Positions 22,379 to 35,201 of a DNA stretch of 45,805 bases are shown piece after piece. The translations under genes and the position numbers were made by a program. The stretch comes from Macrostomum lignano (taxonomy: Eukaryota). The stretch's first letter is position 1. The number at the start of each line of letters is the position of its first letter. The DNA lies in NCBI GenBank assembly GCA_002269645.1, contig NIVC01001627.1, positions 1 to 45,805 on the forward strand, in the 5' to 3' direction. The notes under the pieces are model-generated. The model worked only from the letters and a program-made list of their open reading frames with translations, ran no database searches and was not told the DNA's origin.

Positions 22379-25300
22379 TTATTGATTTTCCTGCTGCATC
22401 TGCTGTAAAATGCTCATCACTTCCTCCAACTTTTTGTCCATTCCTTTTACCCGATCCTCCAGTCTGTCTATTTTCTCGTTGTCCTCTCTCTGAGCAACGA
22501 GCACATCCTGCCGCAAGTCCTTGACCTGGTTCTCAACGTGCGCCTTGAGCACATCGATGTCTCCTTTGTTCCGCTCCACAGGCCACTGCAGCCGGAGCCG
22601 GTGGTCTCGCAGCTGCTCAGCCTGGTAGATCAGGAAGCGCTTGAAGTCCTTGGGGTAGCCGCTGAAGTCCTCTTTGTGCTGCCACCACGGCTGGAACGGA
22701 AAAGTGTCTTATCTGATGTCACTGTATATTGACGAAAAACGAACAAAAAGTGTCTGAAAAATGATTTTGGAATTGAAAGTAACGAAGCACTCCGTCCTGA
22801 TCAGTTAAGCATGAAATATTTGTCAGCCTAAAGCATAATATAACATAAAATTGGAACGCTGCTCGGTAAAAGCTGCTTACCTCAGAATCTTCATCACGAT
22901 CAACTGGGGAATATCCTGGCTGGCTGGCACTGGCTGGCCTGGCTGGCTGGCCTGGCTGGCACCGACAAGCGTGGCATCTTTGCACCAGCTTCCAGGCGTA
23001 GTGCGGGAACGACAGCGGCGGCGGAACTGGACTGACCTCTGCGAACTCCCGCAGCAGCTCGAACAGATTCCTGCGCCACAGAACCTCCGCCCTGCTGGCC
23101 AACTCCGTCACGGTGCGGCTGAACAACGCGATCAGCAGGTTCCACATCACTATGGTGACCAGAAGGAGGTACACGAACACCAGAATTCCGTTGTAAGCCT
23201 TATTTCCAGCTTCATCCGCACAGGACTCTCCAGTCGCGAGACTGCTGGAGCTGCACGATTCGAACTGTGCGCTCTCCACCATTCCGAAGGCCAGCGACAC
23301 GGGCACCGTGAAAATCTTCGTCAGAGCCTGAGCATTTCTTGAGTCTGAGAAGGCCGGAAACAGCAGGTTGAAGAAGAAGATGCCGAATGAGTACACCAGA
23401 ACCAGCAAGACCAGCATGAATGGCACCAGGTCGCTGAACAGCAAGCTCTTTAGCATATTGATCTTCGGTCCGGTGACCTTGAAGTAGCTGAGCAGGGCCA
23501 CGGAGCGGAAGCCCAGAAACAGGAATGAGACGCTGAGCACAACCTGGCAGCTGCGCAGGAGGCTGGGGTCGCTCAGGTGGCCGAGCAGCTTCAGGACCAG
23601 ACCTGCCCACATCAGCAGCAGCCCAGCCATGTCAAAGTAGTTGAAAAGGTCAGTGAAGTAGCGTGGAATTCTTATGTCAAGCCCGAGTATTGTCAAGTCC
23701 TTCAGAGAAATACTGTTAATAAGTTGATTGACTTCCTGCAGCGTAAAGGACAGTGCGTACAAAAGCAGGATGATGTCTGGCACTGGAGATTGTTGAGTCC
23801 GACTGAAGTCCGTCACGTACCAGGCAAAGTAGAGCAGGAAGACCAGGAAGAAGATGGAGTAGATGATGAATCGCTGTTGGATTGTCACTTTTGCTGGAAT
23901 GTTGCAGGTGCAACAACGTTGAGGTCTGCTCCAGGACAACGGTGGATGCCTTACCCAATGCTGCTCCACCAAATTGCTGATGCACTCAGTTGCGAACAAG
24001 TCGTCGCAGTCCAGAGTCTCGACAAGGTCCATGACTGATTTGAACTTTTGAGACGCTGTATCATTTTCGGAAGAAAGTTTCCGTGCTTCGTTGCCCCTTT
24101 TCTGTTGAGTCTTGTCATTGTCCGCATGCGAGCTTTCCGGTCGCAAGAGCGATGCAAGTGGTGCCAAAAACCTCGGCCCAGCACTGCGCTGGTCTTCCGA
24201 GAGACGAAACGAACCAGTCAGGTAGGTGAACAGAAGTTCTCGCGTGTCTTTATCAGCATTTGCGTAAAGGTGGTCCAGAATGTTGATAATGATGTTATAA
24301 GCTTGAAGTTGCACTCTCTGAAGAATCTCACTCTTATCGATTTTCGGCTTTAGGTAAGTGAGCAGCCTTAGGGTCTGGGGGATGATGTCGAATTGAGGCA
24401 ACAACATGAGGTCAGTGAGAAGCCTTGGCTTCTCGAGCAGCACAGCGTATTCCATCAGCACAAGAGATTTCGAATTTCCGTCTTGTACTGAAAAATATTG
24501 CTCCAGAGTAGTCATAATCGGAGACTTAGCATTCGGCTGCTTTTCGCTGATCTGTGCCAAAATATGCTTAGAAAACTGGACATCAATCTCATCATTGACA
24601 AGGCCCAAACCGATCAGGCTGCGCAGCATTTCAGTTGAGTCAAGCTCGAAGGCCTTGAACAGCATCTGTACTTCAGGAGACTCTTCTGTCTTCGACATGC
24701 TGTCAACATCGTGCTCAGTCTTTTTATCATTTTTCTTTCTGCCTTCTTGAGAGTTTCTTGGTGCAGAAGTTCTATCAATCTGAATGCTGGCCTTAAGTGA
24801 GGAGTCAGTAAATTTAGTCAGGTGATTCCGTGCGCTCTGCTTGTCAGGAAGTTTCAGTGCCTTCTTTGCTACATCCACTAACTTGAGCAGTTCTCTGAGG
24901 CTGAAGCCCTTCTCCACAGGAATTTTTTCAATTTCATTTGCTACCTCAATGAGAACTTCGAGTTTCCCCTTGTTGCAAGCGAAATCGACGCATGTCTGCC
25001 CAGCTGCCGTCTCATCCTGCAGTTTCGCACCATTTTGAAGAAGGTATTCGATGTTCTCTTTGTGGCCAGACTTGCAAGCAAAGTGGAGACACGTTGCTCC
25101 TTTAAGAGGACCGTCGGAGACACGAAGGGCTAAAAGTTTTTCAGAACTGAGACCACAGAGATTTCCTAATTCTTGTGCAATTATTTGAAGGTCGTATGTG
25201 GAACAAAAAACGTGAGCAACGTGCAGACCCTCCGAGTTTCTTTGAAGGCTTTTGAAATCTATTGACGATCTCCTCAGAGCATTTAAAACGTCTTTTAAGT

Positions 25301-28217
25301 GAAATTCATTTGCTTCTGATGAGAACAGACAGTTGTGATTCCTCTTGTTTTCGGCTGCACGATCAACACCGTGATCTAAAAGCAGTTCGATGCGATCGGT
25401 GAGCATTTCCAGTTTATCTGATGTCCGAAATTCATTCAGTTTTCCGAACAGTGCATGCAGCATAGTATTGCCATCTAAGTCAGTTTCACGCATATCTACC
25501 AGATCTTTTTTGTCCACCTTTTTGTGCTGCTCAAGCAGCCATCGTAAAACATCCGAAAACGTGCTGTTAAAGACGGAAACGAAAAACTGGGTTTGCTGCA
25601 AATCATTGGCGACTGTCAAGCAGTCTCTCCATGAAAGATTCTGAATCAGATCAGAGATGGTCGGCACGTTTTGGCAACAAAAAGCGTAATGAATGGGAGT
25701 GTTTCCATCATCATCTCTGGAAAGGAACTGCTGCTTATTTTTAACTTCGGAAGCGAGCCACGTTAGCGGTGAAGGATCCCAACTGTTTTCAGCTGCTACA
25801 TGCAAAATTGTTCGGTTTCTGGGGCCTTTGGCCAAAATGCACTTTTGCAAATCGAGTTCTGTTGCCATTGCCTGAAGAGTGTCTAACTTTTGGCATTTAA
25901 AAGCAACGTGCACGGCACTCTCTCCATCGTCATCTAGATCGAAGAATCGTTTCTTGTCCCCAACTTCGAAAACAAGCCAGAGAAGCACTGACGGATCCTC
26001 ACTGTTTTCTGCTGCGGCGTGCAAAATTGTGCGATTTCTACGGCTTTTCACAGCAACGCAGTTTTGTAAACCGAGTTCCTCTGCCAATTTCTGAAGAGTG
26101 TCCAATTTTTGGCAATTGAAAGCAACATAAACGGCGCTCTTCTCGTCCTCATCTGGATCGAAGAATCGCTGCTTGTCTTCCACTTCTGAAAGAAGCCCCA
26201 GCAGCACTGATGGATCCTCATGTTCTTGAGCTGCAGAGTGCAAAATTGTTCTCTTTTTGGGGCCTGTAACAGAAATAAACTTCTGCAAACCGAGTTTCGT
26301 TGCCAATTTATTAAGAGTCTCCAAGTCTTGGCATTTAAAAGCAACATACACGGCACTTTTCCCATTCTCGTTTGGATCGAAGAATCGCTGCTTGTCTTCA
26401 ATTTCAGAAACAAGCCACAGTAGCACTGACGGATCCTCACTGTTTTCTGCTGCGGCGTGCAAAATTGTTTGTTTTCTACGGCTTTTCACAGCAAAGCAGT
26501 TTTGTAAACCGAGTTCCTCTGCTAATTTCTGAAGAGTGTCGAATTCTTGGCATTTAAAAGCAACATACACGGCACTTTTCCCATCCTCGTCTGGATCGAA
26601 GAATCGCTGCTTGTCTTCCACTTCTGAAAGAAGCCACAGCAGCACTGATGGATCCTCATGTTCTTGAGCTGCAGAGTGCAACATTGTTCTCTTTTTGGGG
26701 CCTGAAACAGAAATAAACTTCTGCAAACCGAGTTTTGTTGCCAATGTCCGAAGGGTCTCCAAGTGTTGGTCTCTGAGAGCAACATACACGGCACTCTCTC
26801 CATCATCGTCTGGATTGAAGAATCGCTGCTTGTCTTTAACTTCGGAAGCGAGCCAAAGAAGCACTGACGGATTGTAAATGTTGTGAGCTGCTTCATGCAA
26901 AAGTGTTCGGTTTTTGGGGCCTTTAATGCTAAGGCATTTTTTAAAATCCAGGTTTGAAACCAACGTTTGAAGAGTGTCCAATTTATGATGTTTGAAAGCA
27001 ACGTACACCGCACTCTCTCCATCATTGTCCAGATCGAAAAATCGCTGCTTGTCTTCAAGTGCACAAACAAGCCAAAGAAATGCCGACGGATTCTCGCTGT
27101 TTTTAGCTGCGGAGTGCAAAATCGTTCGATTTCTCGAGCCTTTGGCAGAAAGGCAGTTTTGCAAATCGAGTTCCTTTGCTAATGTCTGAAATGTCTTCAA
27201 GTCTTGATTTTCAAATGCAGCATACACGACAGTTTCTCCATCCTCGTCTGGATTGAAGAATCGCTGCTTGTCTTCCACTTCGGAAACGAGCCACAAAAGC
27301 ACTGACGGATTCTCACTGTTTTCAGCTGCCGCATGCAAAATTGTCCGACTTCTGGAACCTTTGGCGGAAACGCAGCTTTGCAAACCGAGCTCTGTTGTCA
27401 ATGCCTGAAGAGTGTCCAACTCTTGGTAATTGAAAGCAACATACACGGCACTTTTTCCATCCTCGTCTGGATCGAAGAATAGCTGCTTGTATTTAACTTC
27501 AGAAGCGAGCCACAGGAGCACTGAAGGATTTTTATTGTTTTTCGCTGAAATGTGTAAAATCTGCCGACCTCGGCATCTGACGGAAAGGCAGCTGTTCAAA
27601 CTGAGCTTTATTGCTAATTTCTTAAGAGTCTCCAAGTCTTGATATTTGAATGCAACATGCACGACACTCTTTCCATCATTGTATTGAATGAAGAACTGCC
27701 ATTTGCCTTCTATTTTGGAAGCAAGCCAGCGAAGCAAATCTGGGTTTTTGCTGTTATGAGCAGAAATGTGCACAGGTGTTTTCATATCAGCATTCAGCTT
27801 TTTGACCAGCTGTTGTCCACATTTGTCCCAAATAATTTGCAGTGCCTGGACTGTCGAATCTGTCTGCTTGCAGCAGCAGGCAAAGTGAAGCATGTTGTTG
27901 AATTTATCGCTTCTCAGTCTGAGGCACAGATCAGGAAGTCTGTCTGTCAATACTTTTAACAGCTGGATATCGGACGTGACAGCTGCCAAAAACAGCAGTG
28001 CCTTCACTTGTATATCATTCTGTATATCATTCTGATCCTCAATGCACGTTTTTAGTGTCCTTGCTATTCTGTTCTGCTCTTCAATGTCGTCATTCTTGCA
28101 AGCTTGGCGCAACTCCTTGTGCCATTCTCTGCACTGGCTGTCTGCGTCGCTCCAGATGGATTTAAAAACGAATTCATGCAGTCCAAACTGGCTTAAGTCG
28201 AAGTCCTCTTCATCCAT
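22379..28217 (-). CDS. Ankyrin-array TRPM-like cation channel, paralog A; exons 28217-22881 and 22690-22379, ~1882 aa (a further 5' exon is possible)
   Basis: Ten 73-aa di-ankyrin units, further ANK repeats (GATCLHFACKSGH), then six TM segments with YFTDLFNYFD (S3), FRSVALLSYFKVTGPKINML (S4-S5), PVSLAFGMV...C...C (pore), LLVTIVMWNLLIALFSRT (S6) and WRRNLFELLREF...PVPPPLS (TRP domain). Donor GAG|GTAAGC at 22880 and acceptor TTCCAG| at 22691 (phase 0) lead to PWWQH...-coiled coil-stop. The frame stays open upstream to an acceptor at 28288. Confidence 0.9.
25660..27785 (-). repeat. Coding tandem array of 10 x ~219-bp (73-aa) di-ankyrin units in paralog A
   Basis: Recurrent RTILHAAAENSEDPSVLLWL.SEVEDKQRFFDPDEDG.SAVYVAF..Q..DTLQ.L..EL.L..C.S.KG. 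Confidence 0.92.
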
Positions 28218-29389
28218 TAGGAGCGTCTGGCACAGCTGCTGTGAATTCTCCTGGCTGTAAAACAGTAATCGGTTTTTTAGATTTAGGCTAACAAAATAAT
28301 ACGTGAGCAGGAAAAACTTACGTCAAATATACAATGTAGAACCTAGTAAAAGTAGTGTGGAGGCGTTTATTTTCCCCTGTAGGTACAAAAAGACTTACGG
28401 ACATTTCCTCTCAGGCATTTCCCTTTTTGGCATCACCCTCTCGACAGTAGTATGGTGTAGTAGAGAGAGATGGATATTGGAGTTGCAGTGGCCGTGAGTT
28501 CAACTCACGACTTATAGCGTAGAGAAATGAACTTTAGCTACTACAAGCTGAGACTTTCATAAATACTTCACTTTATAACACGGTTCATTGTCAAAATAAA
28601 AAATTATAATTTTTTTTTCAAATAAAATGTACAATAACCTTATAGGGGTGTACATTAAATCAGCAAGTAGAGCTGCAAACCGGATCCCATTCTTGTCAAA
28701 GTGGACGTCAACAAAGCACCTAAAGGATTCCTGCAGTATTGTGTTCGTTTACGTTTCAACTACTCGTAAATTATCCCAACGATTGATTTTCAAATTTGAT
28801 ACAGTCTATGTGCTATTGGTAAAGTAGGCTAAGTATTTTAAAACAAAGTTCCAATGCTTCACTACCATTCACAAGAAAACATCACCATGCATATAACGTT
28901 TTAAGGACCATAGCTAATATTAATACTATTCTCTCGGGACTAACTTTGCACTTTATAGCGCAAAGCCTTTGGCGACATGGTTCCAACAACCAGCACAGAG
29001 GCAATTCTGCACATTCCGCTGACTCAAGCTCGCCAAGACTGTACGCAACTGGGCACTCGTACACACGCTCACACAGGGTGTACAGGCTGGCCCTGAATTT
29101 CTAAGCGCCAAGGGGCTGTACACTTTCTGCGCCTTGTGCATTTTGTGCTCCAGAAACAGAGTTGTTTACCGCTGAGCTGCTCTACCGGCCCCTAACCACA
29201 GGTGAAGATCCTGACTACACCGTCTGCTATCGATAAATTGCCGAAAAACGCCATGTAATCCCATGCAAGTTAAGTCGGTTGATTGAAGCATCTCAAACTT
29301 TTGACAGGCATCTATAAGCACATTGTGAGGATGTGAATCTTATGAGGATCCGGAATGTTTAGATGATCTACTAGAGGGCAAGCCTGATG

Positions 29390-29580
29390 CGGCCTTCTGA
29401 ACTGCTGCGCGAGCGGCGACACTTCGACTGGCTGGCCACGTCATGTGGTCGAAAGCTGCGGCGGGGAGCCGCTGAATTGACGTGCTGCTGCTTCCAGCGG
29501 CAGGGACCGCGTAGGCAAGGCCAAGGGCGAACGGCTCGCTACATTGACAGATTCATAAAGGAGGACGCTAGCGCCCATGA
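29390..29580 (+). mobile_element. RTE-like non-LTR retrotransposon 3' remnant
   Basis: Frameshifted ELLRERR.LRLAGHVM...DVLLL...R..GQGR...YID, resembling the post-RT C-terminus of RTE-clade elements. Confidence 0.5.
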
Positions 29581-31835
29581 CCACGCGGGTGGGTGTGAAT
29601 TTTTTATGGACCCGGACCCATCTGACTCCTCCCCCCTTCTGGCCACTTTGTGTGGTCGGTGGGAAGGGTTCTTAGTTGTTATTGTTGAACACATGATTGT
29701 TTGAACTGAGTACTACGGCTTATAGCCTACGAGTACAACAAGGCTACAAGGCTTCTTGATGACCTTTGCGACTTTCACAACAGGGGCTGCTACGACTTTC
29801 ATAGCCGAAAGGGATGTGAAGCTCTCACAGTCCACTGGCACGAGAGCTTATGCCCCGTGCTTCGAACTGATGATAAAACGTTTCTCATACCTCAAACTCG
29901 CTACTCTTAGTAGCAGATCGTTCCCCAGTCACTCGGTCTCATTCTCTCGGCCAGGCTACAATAGTGCTTTTCACCAAATTCTTACCTCTGCGAGGCAAAG
30001 AGTCTAAATTTACGAGTAGGAGTAGGCAGAGAGAGAACAATCGAGCATAAACAAAAGCTTTGTCGACTAAAGTGAGAATTAAGTTTTAACAGAAAGTGGA
30101 ATTATGCACAGTCGCAGTCGCAGCAAAATCTGAGGCTGACTCTCGTCTTCTTCCTAGTCTATCTCTTTCTACATTAATTTAAACACTACTGCAAGACCTA
30201 GAGTCATGGATCAATGCTAATGAGAATGACAATCAACAAGATCGGATATCGTACATGTACTACGTCTCTCGTACATGTATACATGTAAATAGAAACCCCC
30301 CATCAGCGAGACAGCTGATTCAAACCCTCAGTTACACCCGGGCAGTTTTCAGCCCAGTTTCACGGACAGTTTCATCTTTAAATTGCATTGCTTGCTTGCT
30401 TGAAAAAGAGGTTTTTTATTAATGGAAATCTTTGTCGAAGTTTAATTATCAGATCCAAGATCGCTAGAAAAATGACGTTGAGCCCCACACTACACCACTA
30501 CTTAGCAATGTGGCCGACTTCTCCTGGAAACCAATGCTGTCTGCCAGGAAATTAGAAGCAAGGTCACACTCTGTCACTAAAGAAACCGCAGCGATCTTGA
30601 CAAGCACAAGTCAAACCGCCGAGCAAATTTCCAGCTTGGTGATCCACATAAGCTTTGAAGAAAATTAATGCGGCGGTGGGTGGCAGATGCTATTTTTCTA
30701 TTGGATAAGAGAAGGAAAAGGTTTCTGATAATTCCTTTCACGACTTGATGAATTGTCCGTGTTATCAGAATATTTAAGCTCTAATTCAATATTTTGCTCA
30801 ACGTGAACTCAGGTCTTTCTTTTTTGCCTTCTCGAATCCAAAATAATTTTCTGCTAAAACTTCGTATAGTCTGCTTAGTTTCATTTGAATTACTTTTAAT
30901 CTTGTGTGAAATTATTAACTCTTCTTGAAATGAATTGCAAAGAATTTGGTCATACCTCACCTTGTCGTCAATTGGTTTCAGGACAATTTCCCGAATAGTT
31001 TGCTCCATTTTTACTATAGAAAATTTTACAAGTGCTTATTCGATTACTTTAGAAAGGACATTGACGTCCTCACTCAGGCCACAAGGTAACCTGCGAAATT
31101 ATATGATGGTATATGAAATTCTCCAGGATATTTTCCCGCGGAGAAAATAGGGGGAACCCTCGAGATTGCACTTTGGATGTCAATTGAATTGCCAAAGAAA
31201 ATATTTTTTCTAAAAGCCATTTTTACTGTGATATTTTGGTAAAATATTTGTTCCAGCTAATCTCCATTTCCTTCTCCGGAATGTAATTCATTCTCATGTC
31301 TATATATTCTGCTTGGGAAATTCAGACAATAACATTGACAAAACGAGCACCGCTTACTGCGGCATATTATCAATCCAAAGATGGTAAACGTGTATTTTCA
31401 ATCCAAAGTTGTTTTTAGCATACTACTTACATAAGTAGTATGGTTGTCTATAGCTTCTATTGTTTTCTTGAGAAACCAGCAATGAACGTCAATCGTTTCG
31501 AGTCTTTTCATATTGGCGAATAATGTTTGATTAAACAGACCTCCGATCTTCCTACTGCTTCCTTTGGCTTTCCTAACTGCCTCGTAAGAACGACGCCTAA
31601 GCTCTTTTTCAGACGGCATGGTTTGGTGTTGGAATAGAAAATTGTTCCCTTGTGAAAAATGATAGGAAGCTTCTTATTATATAAAATTTGGAGGTCTCCC
31701 ATTAGATGCCAGATTTTCTGCCAAAGTTCCGCAAAAATTTCGCCAAAAATTCCGTCAAAAATTTTGCCAAAAAATGCTGGTTTTGGCGGCCTATTGGGAT
31801 TAAAGAGATAAGGCCTCTTTCTGAGAATAATAGAG

Positions 31836-32577
31836 AAGCTGCAGGGAAGTTCCCCTTTTTCGAGAACAATAGAAACTGCGGGGAAGTTCCCCTTTTCCGT
31901 GAACAATAGACTCTTGAGAGTACTCAGTACTGAGAGGAGAAAGGAATGGTTGTAATTAGCGACTAGATGGGTAAGAGATTTTGAGTACTGTTGAATCCAC
32001 GTATAGGCAACGTAGTTTCCCTTTTCTGAGTACAATAGAAACTGCGGGGAAGTTCCCCTTTTCCGAGAACAATATAGACTCTTGAGAGTACTCAGTACTG
32101 AGAGGAGAAAGGAATGGTTGTAATTAGCGACTAGATGGGTAAGAGATTTTGAGTACTGTTGAATCCACGTATAGGCAACGTAGTTTCCCTTTTCTGAGTA
32201 CAATAGAAACTGCGGGGAAGTTCCCCTTTTCCGAGAACAATATAGACTCTTGAGAGTACTCAGTACTGAGAGGAGAAAGGAATGGTTGTAATTAGCGACT
32301 AGATGGGTAAGAGATTTTGAGTACTGTTGAATCCACGTATAGGCAACGTAGTTTCCCTTTTCTGAGTACAATAGAAACTGCGGGGAAGTTCCCCTTTTCC
32401 GAGAACAATATAGACTCTTGAGAGTACTCAGTACTGAGAGGAGAAAGGAATGGTTGTAATTAGCGACTAGATGGGTAAGAGATTTTGAGTACTGTTGAAT
32501 CCACGTATAGGCAACGTAGTTCCCCTTTTCTGAGTACAATAGAAACTGCGGGGAAGTTCCTCTTTTCCGAGAACAAT
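31836..32577. repeat. 168-bp tandem repeat (4 full units plus partials)
   Basis: Units start at 31870, 32036, 32204, 32372 and 32540 and are essentially identical. This explains the 56-aa periodic ORF 31508..32539. Confidence 0.95.
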
Positions 32578-33387
32578 GGAGACTGTATGTGGGCTTTCAG
32601 TAACAATGGAAGGTATGAAGCTCTGACTTAGTCAGCCTCCTCTTGAGAACACTCGTAATTACTATTATTCTCTTCTGAATCTACACTTGTAGCGTATTCA
32701 CTATAAAATAAAATTCACGTTTGAATGAGTTTTACAAAATCCTGGAAACGTTTTACTCATTTTCGATTACTTGAATTAAATGAATTTTACAAAATCATTT
32801 TTTTTCTTTTTTTCCTATCACTTTTTAAAAAGGGCATTGCCCTCACCCTTACCCTCCGAAAAAAGTTAAGCTCCAATCATTAAAAATTACAGTTTAAAAA
32901 AGAATAATTTGTAGTAGTTGTAGGTACTCGTATTATATTGGATGGATATCAAGTGAAGAATGAACGAATGAAAGAACGAGCGAAGCGAGTGAATGATGAA
33001 CGCCTCGACGAAGTCGAGTGTACGGCCACCCAATATAATACCTACAACTACTCTCGCCTTCTGAAGCTTCTGAAACTGAAGCTTTGAAGAAACAGCTCAC
33101 AAAACTACACAAAAGGGAATAAAACGAGGCAAGGATGGAACAATAGGAATCATTGAGCAAGGAAAAAACAAAAGAGAAACTCGCATTCACTCACCGCACA
33201 GTTGGCGCAAATAGGCGCTAAGGAGAGAAGATACCAAAAAATTGCACCAAAAAACCAGTTGAGCTTGATGTGAGTAGCCTCTAATTGTTGGCTTATATCT
33301 GAGCAAACTAAACTGAGTAACCAACTAAAACAAGGTCTCATTTAAATAGCGGCAGTTTTTACGGTGGGAGTGCTTATTGTCACGGTA

Positions 33388-33563
33388 CCGTAAGAATAGT
33401 GGGCAAATTATTCGCACGGTACCGTGAGAATAACTTTGAACTTATTCGCACGGCATAATATAGAGCCTAGCCCGCCTAGGCCTATCTTTGTAGTGTACCG
33501 TGCCAATAAGTTCAAAATTATTCTCACGGTGCCGTGCGGATAATGTTCCCACTATTCTTACGG
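33388..33563. mobile_element. 176-bp MITE of the pogo/Tc1-mariner superfamily
   Basis: TA|CCGTAAGAATAGTGGG...CCCACTATTCTTACGG|TA, with ~65-bp imperfect TIRs containing internal GCACGG(T/C)ACCGTG subrepeats. Confidence 0.85.
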
Positions 33564-34464
33564 TACATTTTAAATTTAATTTTTTAAAATCAAATAAATA
33601 TAGAAAACGGTAAGCTGCTGTTGAGTCTTTGGAGTGCTCTGCTGTAGTGGAAAAATATAGCTTATGCACTTGTGAATTTAGGAAGTATAGAAGTGTATTT
33701 GGCTTTTAATATTTATTGATAACAAAGGCATGGATCCACGTCCCATTGTCAACTGCCATTTCTTCAACAAGGAATTAGGGCACTTGAAGCAAATGGTCGG
33801 TTCCTCCACTAACTAGTGTACCTCATGTTTATGAAAAAGTTATCTGCATATTGTATTCTATAACTTTTATACACATTCGTAATTTTGTGTACACGTACAT
33901 GACTGAAACTGACAAGAAAGCTCCACAGTGCATGTACATAGAGTGCATACACAGTATGCTACATAAAAATTCACGTAACATTTTTTAAACAGGTAAAATA
34001 GCGATTTTTACATTTTTTTACAGAATTAAAAAAAATTAATTTTTACATAAAATTTACATAAAATTTTTACAGAATTAACAAAAAAATTTTTTACACTTAT
34101 TTTTGCAGAACGCAGCACCAGACAGTGGGCGGAGTTATGCTGCCACAAAGATTCAGCATGTACGGTAAATGTTGCAGAGTCTGCGTCTGCGCCAGATGAA
34201 GACAGCAACAAGACAAAAACACGATGACGTATCTGTCGGCTAACGAAAAGCAGCGGCGACCGCCAGCAGCGTTAGACAGTCTTTGTTCAGTGCTCTCAGA
34301 AATGCGTCGTCGTCAAGGAGCAATTGCGACGGCGCTTGCAGCAGCGGCAGCGCCAGCAGAGCGGAGAGCTGCGCTAATGGGCCTGTTGTTGCCAAACTTG
34401 CTTGCTGCCAAAGAGGCAGCAAGAAACTTTGGAGAAACAACAAAGACCAGCTGCTGCTGTTGTT

Positions 34465-35201
34465 TCTTCTTCTTCACATTCCAGACGCGGCCGATCCGGC
34501 GGTGCTGATAGGGCCGGGGGCTAGATGCGCCCCATCCTGCGCAAGCAATTCGAGAAGGGCCGCCGAGTTCCCCATCAGGTCTTCGGTCGGCGTGCCGCTG
34601 TGAGCTCTCCATGCGTCCCCGCGTGGGCATTGGTAGATCAGGTGTTCGACGGTGTCCTCCATGCCGCATTCGGGCAGAGGGGGGACGCGTCGAGCCCCAT
34701 GCGGTGACGGGTGCTGCCGTTGATCATACTGGCCCCCGCTCGGAGCTGGTTAATTAGCACCTGCTCATGTCTCGTCAGGTCCTTCGGTGGGGGCCAGGCC
34801 GGGCCCGTGACTGCGGCGTCAAGGGCTCGCCTGCAGCGGCAGTTGGCCGCCTTGACGGCGCTTAGTTGGATGGGCGTCCGGTTTTGGTCCAGGGTGGCAG
34901 CGCAGTTGGCCACCTGGTCCGCTGCTTCGTTGCCCGACATGCCACAGTGGGCTGGCACCCAGATGAATTTGACTCTAGTTGACTCAGAGGTCGAGTAGGC
35001 AGTCCCAACACTCAGCAGCGACGCTGTCGGTTTGGTTGAGCGGGCCGGCGCTCAGGGCCGTGATGGCACTAAGGCTGTCAGTTCTGGGTAGTTGCGACGG
35101 TTTGTCGACGGACTTTCCGGGTGTCCATCGTCCCGGGGGCCCCGCGGGGAGGGGGTCGCTTGCCACGAGGGGGTGATGGCGATCACGTACCGTGGTGTCC
35201 G
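34465..35201 (-). mobile_element. 737-bp 5'-truncated non-LTR retrotransposon with RNase H and a CCHC knuckle (I/Ingi/R1-like group)
   Basis: TDSLSAITAL...ECWDCL, VKFIWVPAHCGMSGNEAADQVA, CP..CGMEDTVEHLIYQCP (frameshifted), a (GAA)n tail at 34465-34475, and 9-bp TSD GCTGTTGTT at 34456-34464 and 35202-35210. Confidence 0.85.

Noticed and set aside
22719-22880. C-terminal hydrophobic tails of the listed long ORFs (VSSFYRAAFQF...; also 39026-39112)
   Set aside because: These are intron read-through; consensus donors and in-phase downstream exons give the true coiled-coil C-termini.
31508-32539. 343-aa ORF with 56-aa repeats, and a CRISPR-like repeat/spacer look of the 168-bp array
   Set aside because: The ORF is a by-product of a stop-free 168-bp (multiple of 3) satellite. 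The 'spacers' are identical, no cas genes are present, and the context is eukaryotic.
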